From Candidatus Heimdallarchaeota archaeon (GTDB lineage Archaea > Asgardarchaeota > Heimdallarchaeia > Heimdallarchaeales > Heimdallarchaeaceae): 26,877 nucleotides of DNA. The position numbers were made by a program, and so were the translations under genes. This document shows, piece by piece, positions 25,179-26,877 of this stretch; position 1 is the first letter of the stretch; each line of letters begins with the position of its first letter. The notes under the pieces are model-generated. The model saw only the letters and a program-made list of their open reading frames with translations. It was not told the origin of the DNA and searched no databases. The stretch is from contig DAOVET010000033.1 of NCBI GenBank assembly GCA_030668825.1, positions 1 to 26,877 of the forward strand. The letters run 5' to 3'.

Positions 25179-26399
25179 ATGTATAATTGTAAAGGGTGGG
25201 AATATAGCAACGAGGACTATCTTGGTAGTGGAGGACAAGGAGTAGTTTATTCTGCAAGAAAAGTTTTAGATGATAAAGAGTATGCGATCAAAATAGTTGA
25301 TTTGAGAAAGTATAAAAGAAGAAAAGATAAAGAAAAAGTAAAAAAAAGATTTGAAAAGGAAGAATATCTTTTAGATTTAAAACCTCATAAAAATTTTATT
25401 CAATATGTAGATAAGGGAAAATGTACGGACGAGATTTATTATTTTGTTATGGAAAAAGCTGATACAAATCTATCAAAATATCTAAGTCAAAACAAGCTAT
25501 CTTTTGATGAAAAAATTAATCTCTTTCATCAAATATTGGATGGTGTAGAATCACTACATAATAATAATTCACCGATAATTCATAGAGACCTTAAACCAAC
25601 AAATACCCTCATGAAAGAAGGAATCCCCAAAATTGCAGATTTTGGAATAGTTTTTATTAAGGATGAAACTGCACGTTTTACTACTACCAATGAAAGGGTA
25701 GGCTCAAAAATCTATTCGCATCCAGATACAGAACTTGGTAGGCTTGATGAAGTTTCCTGTAAGTTGGATATTTACTCTTTGGGGAAAATACTATATTTCT
25801 TACTATCAGATGGAACGGATCTTCATAGAGTTTATTATGACAAAGAAGAATACTATCTTCCTTACATTCACCATGATCCTCGCTATACGGTCTTCGACAA
25901 CCTCTTTTTATGGACAATAAATTTGCGAATGAAAGAAATAATTGGTTCTATTGAAGAGGTTAGAATTGCTTTTGATGAAGCATGTGAAAACTTTCATAGT
26001 TTTCCTAATCGTGTAGAGGAAACAATAAAACTAGGTCATGCTCTTTTCAGAAAATGTAAACATAAAGAAGGGACAAAATGTCTTGAAAAAGCTGTTTCTC
26101 TAGAACCCAACAATCCTTATGCTCTCTATCATTATGGTAGATGGTTTGAGATAGAAAAAGTTACAGAAGAAGATACAGAAAAAAGAATTAAATACTATGA
26201 AAAGATTTTGCAGAATGAGAATTTTACAGATTGGTATATTCTCAGTATTATTGGTAAGGAATTTTTACAAAGTAAAGATAAGAATCAGGGACAACAAATT
26301 ATTGAAAAGGCTAAGAAATTAAAAGCAAGAGTTTATCCAGCTATAACTATAGCTACAGAAGAAGAAATTAGGAAATATTATAAAGTGTCATTTAGATAG
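25179..26399 (+). CDS. Hanks-type Ser/Thr protein kinase with C-terminal TPR-like repeats
   Basis: LGSGGQGVVY, YAIK, HRDLKPTN, IADFG, DIYSLG, and C-terminal LEKAVSLEPNNPYALYHYG. Confidence 0.92.
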   Translation: MYNCKGWEYSNEDYLGSGGQGVVYSARKVLDDKEYAIKIVDLRKYKRRKDKEKVKKRFEKEEYLLDLKPHKNFIQYVDKGKCTDEIYYFVMEKADTNLSKYLSQNKLSFDEKINLFHQILDGVESLHNNNSPIIHRDLKPTNTLMKEGIPKIADFGIVFIKDETARFTTTNERVGSKIYSHPDTELGRLDEVSCKLDIYSLGKILYFLLSDGTDLHRVYYDKEEYYLPYIHHDPRYTVFDNLFLWTINLRMKEIIGSIEEVRIAFDEACENFHSFPNRVEETIKLGHALFRKCKHKEGTKCLEKAVSLEPNNPYALYHYGRWFEIEKVTEEDTEKRIKYYEKILQNENFTDWYILSIIGKEFLQSKDKNQGQQIIEKAKKLKARVYPAITIATEEEIRKYYKVSFR

Positions 26400-26418
26400 T
26401 ATCATTGAAGTAGTTTTT

Positions 26419-26505
26419 TCAGTTCTCCTCTGCGGCTACATCAACACTTTTTACATGTTCCACATAATAACGAGCAACTAGTAATTCTTTATATTTATCT
26501 TTCAT
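26419..26505 (-). pseudogene. 28-codon 5' stub of rbcL
   Basis: Translates as MKDKYKELLVARYYVEHVKSVDVAAEEN*. The first 21 aa are identical to RbcL. GGTGA SD at 26511-26515. Confidence 0.9.
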
Positions 26506-26507
26506 AT
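26462..26507. repeat. 46-bp perfect direct repeat, copy 2
   Basis: Identical to 21610-21655. Confidence 0.97.
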
Positions 26508-26534
26508 TTGTCACCAAAATTAATCATAAATGTT

Positions 26535-26877
26535 CTATGTATCCTCACTAATTATCATAAAAGGATACTTTTCTTTAATTATCATATAGACAATTGAAGG
26601 TGAAAAAACTCCTGATTCAGTTATAATTCCATCTATCAGATCATGAGAAACTGTTTCAAAAGCAGGATTCAGAAAATCCAATCCTTCAGGAGGGTTTTTC
26701 CAAATTTCTGTAGGTTCTCTCATCTCTATTTTTGTTAACTTTCCTATACTTGTTTCAGGATCATATTTTAAGAGATTTATTGCTGTATAGAATGGTATAT
26801 CCATTTCTTTAGCTGCAAGAGCTAATAGACGTGTTCCTATTTTATTAATGACTGTGCCTTGACTAGTAATGGCGTCT
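26535..26877 (-). CDS. ribose-1,5-bisphosphate isomerase / eIF2B-family protein (5' end outside the window)
   Basis: The frame is open to the window edge: DAITSQGTVINKIGTRLLALAAKEMDIPFY...IEMREPTEI...NPAFE...DLIDGIITESG. Adjacency to RuBisCO favours R15P isomerase. Confidence 0.85.
   Translation of the reverse strand, partial: DAITSQGTVINKIGTRLLALAAKEMDIPFYTAINLLKYDPETSIGKLTKIEMREPTEIWKNPPEGLDFLNPAFETVSHDLIDGIITESGVFSPSIVYMIIKEKYPFMIISEDT

Larger units (their letters stand above)
21656..26461. mobile_element. putative ~4.8-kb island integrated at the rbcL 5' end
   Basis: Flanked by the 46-bp direct repeat and separates the isomerase gene from rbcL. AT-rich cargo with gene fragments. No recombinase recognised. 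Confidence 0.75.

Noticed and set aside
26419-26421. TGA of the rbcL stub as a selenocysteine or readthrough codon
   Set aside because: Homology to RbcL stops at this point and the sequence runs into the convergent kinase gene. No SECIS-like element was seen.

Overview
AT-rich archaeal window, most likely from an Asgard (Heimdallarchaeia-like) genome. That assignment is inferred from archaeal ribosomal proteins L31e/L39e/S19e, Rpp21 and form III RuBisCO occurring together with a Rab-like GTPase, a Roadblock protein and a RING-domain protein. The housekeeping backbone is rpl31e-rpl39e-PDCD5-rps19e, yhbY-rnp4, ftsZ, tRNA-Cys, two tRNA-Gly, rbcL and an R15P-isomerase-like gene. Two accessory islands interrupt it. 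(1) ~6060-11425 lies between tRNA-Cys and a diverged tRNA-Cys 3' remnant. It carries a 647-aa TnpB/Cas12-like protein whose RuvC-III Asp is replaced by His, a receptor-like 5-TM RING protein and an unannotated Flp-like pilin. The 3' end of the TnpB-like gene has an omegaRNA-like hairpin/pseudoknot, followed by an 18-nt segment that matches the neighbouring tRNA-Cys D-arm at 15/18. This is the best candidate for a new system: an RNA-guided, tRNA-targeting module. (2) ~21656-26420 is inserted at the 5' end of the RuBisCO gene. It is bounded by a perfect 46-bp direct repeat, leaves a 28-codon rbcL stub behind the isomerase, and the intact rbcL has a synonymously divergent, GC-rich 5' patch. All calls were made by eye from sequence and motifs; no database searches were run.
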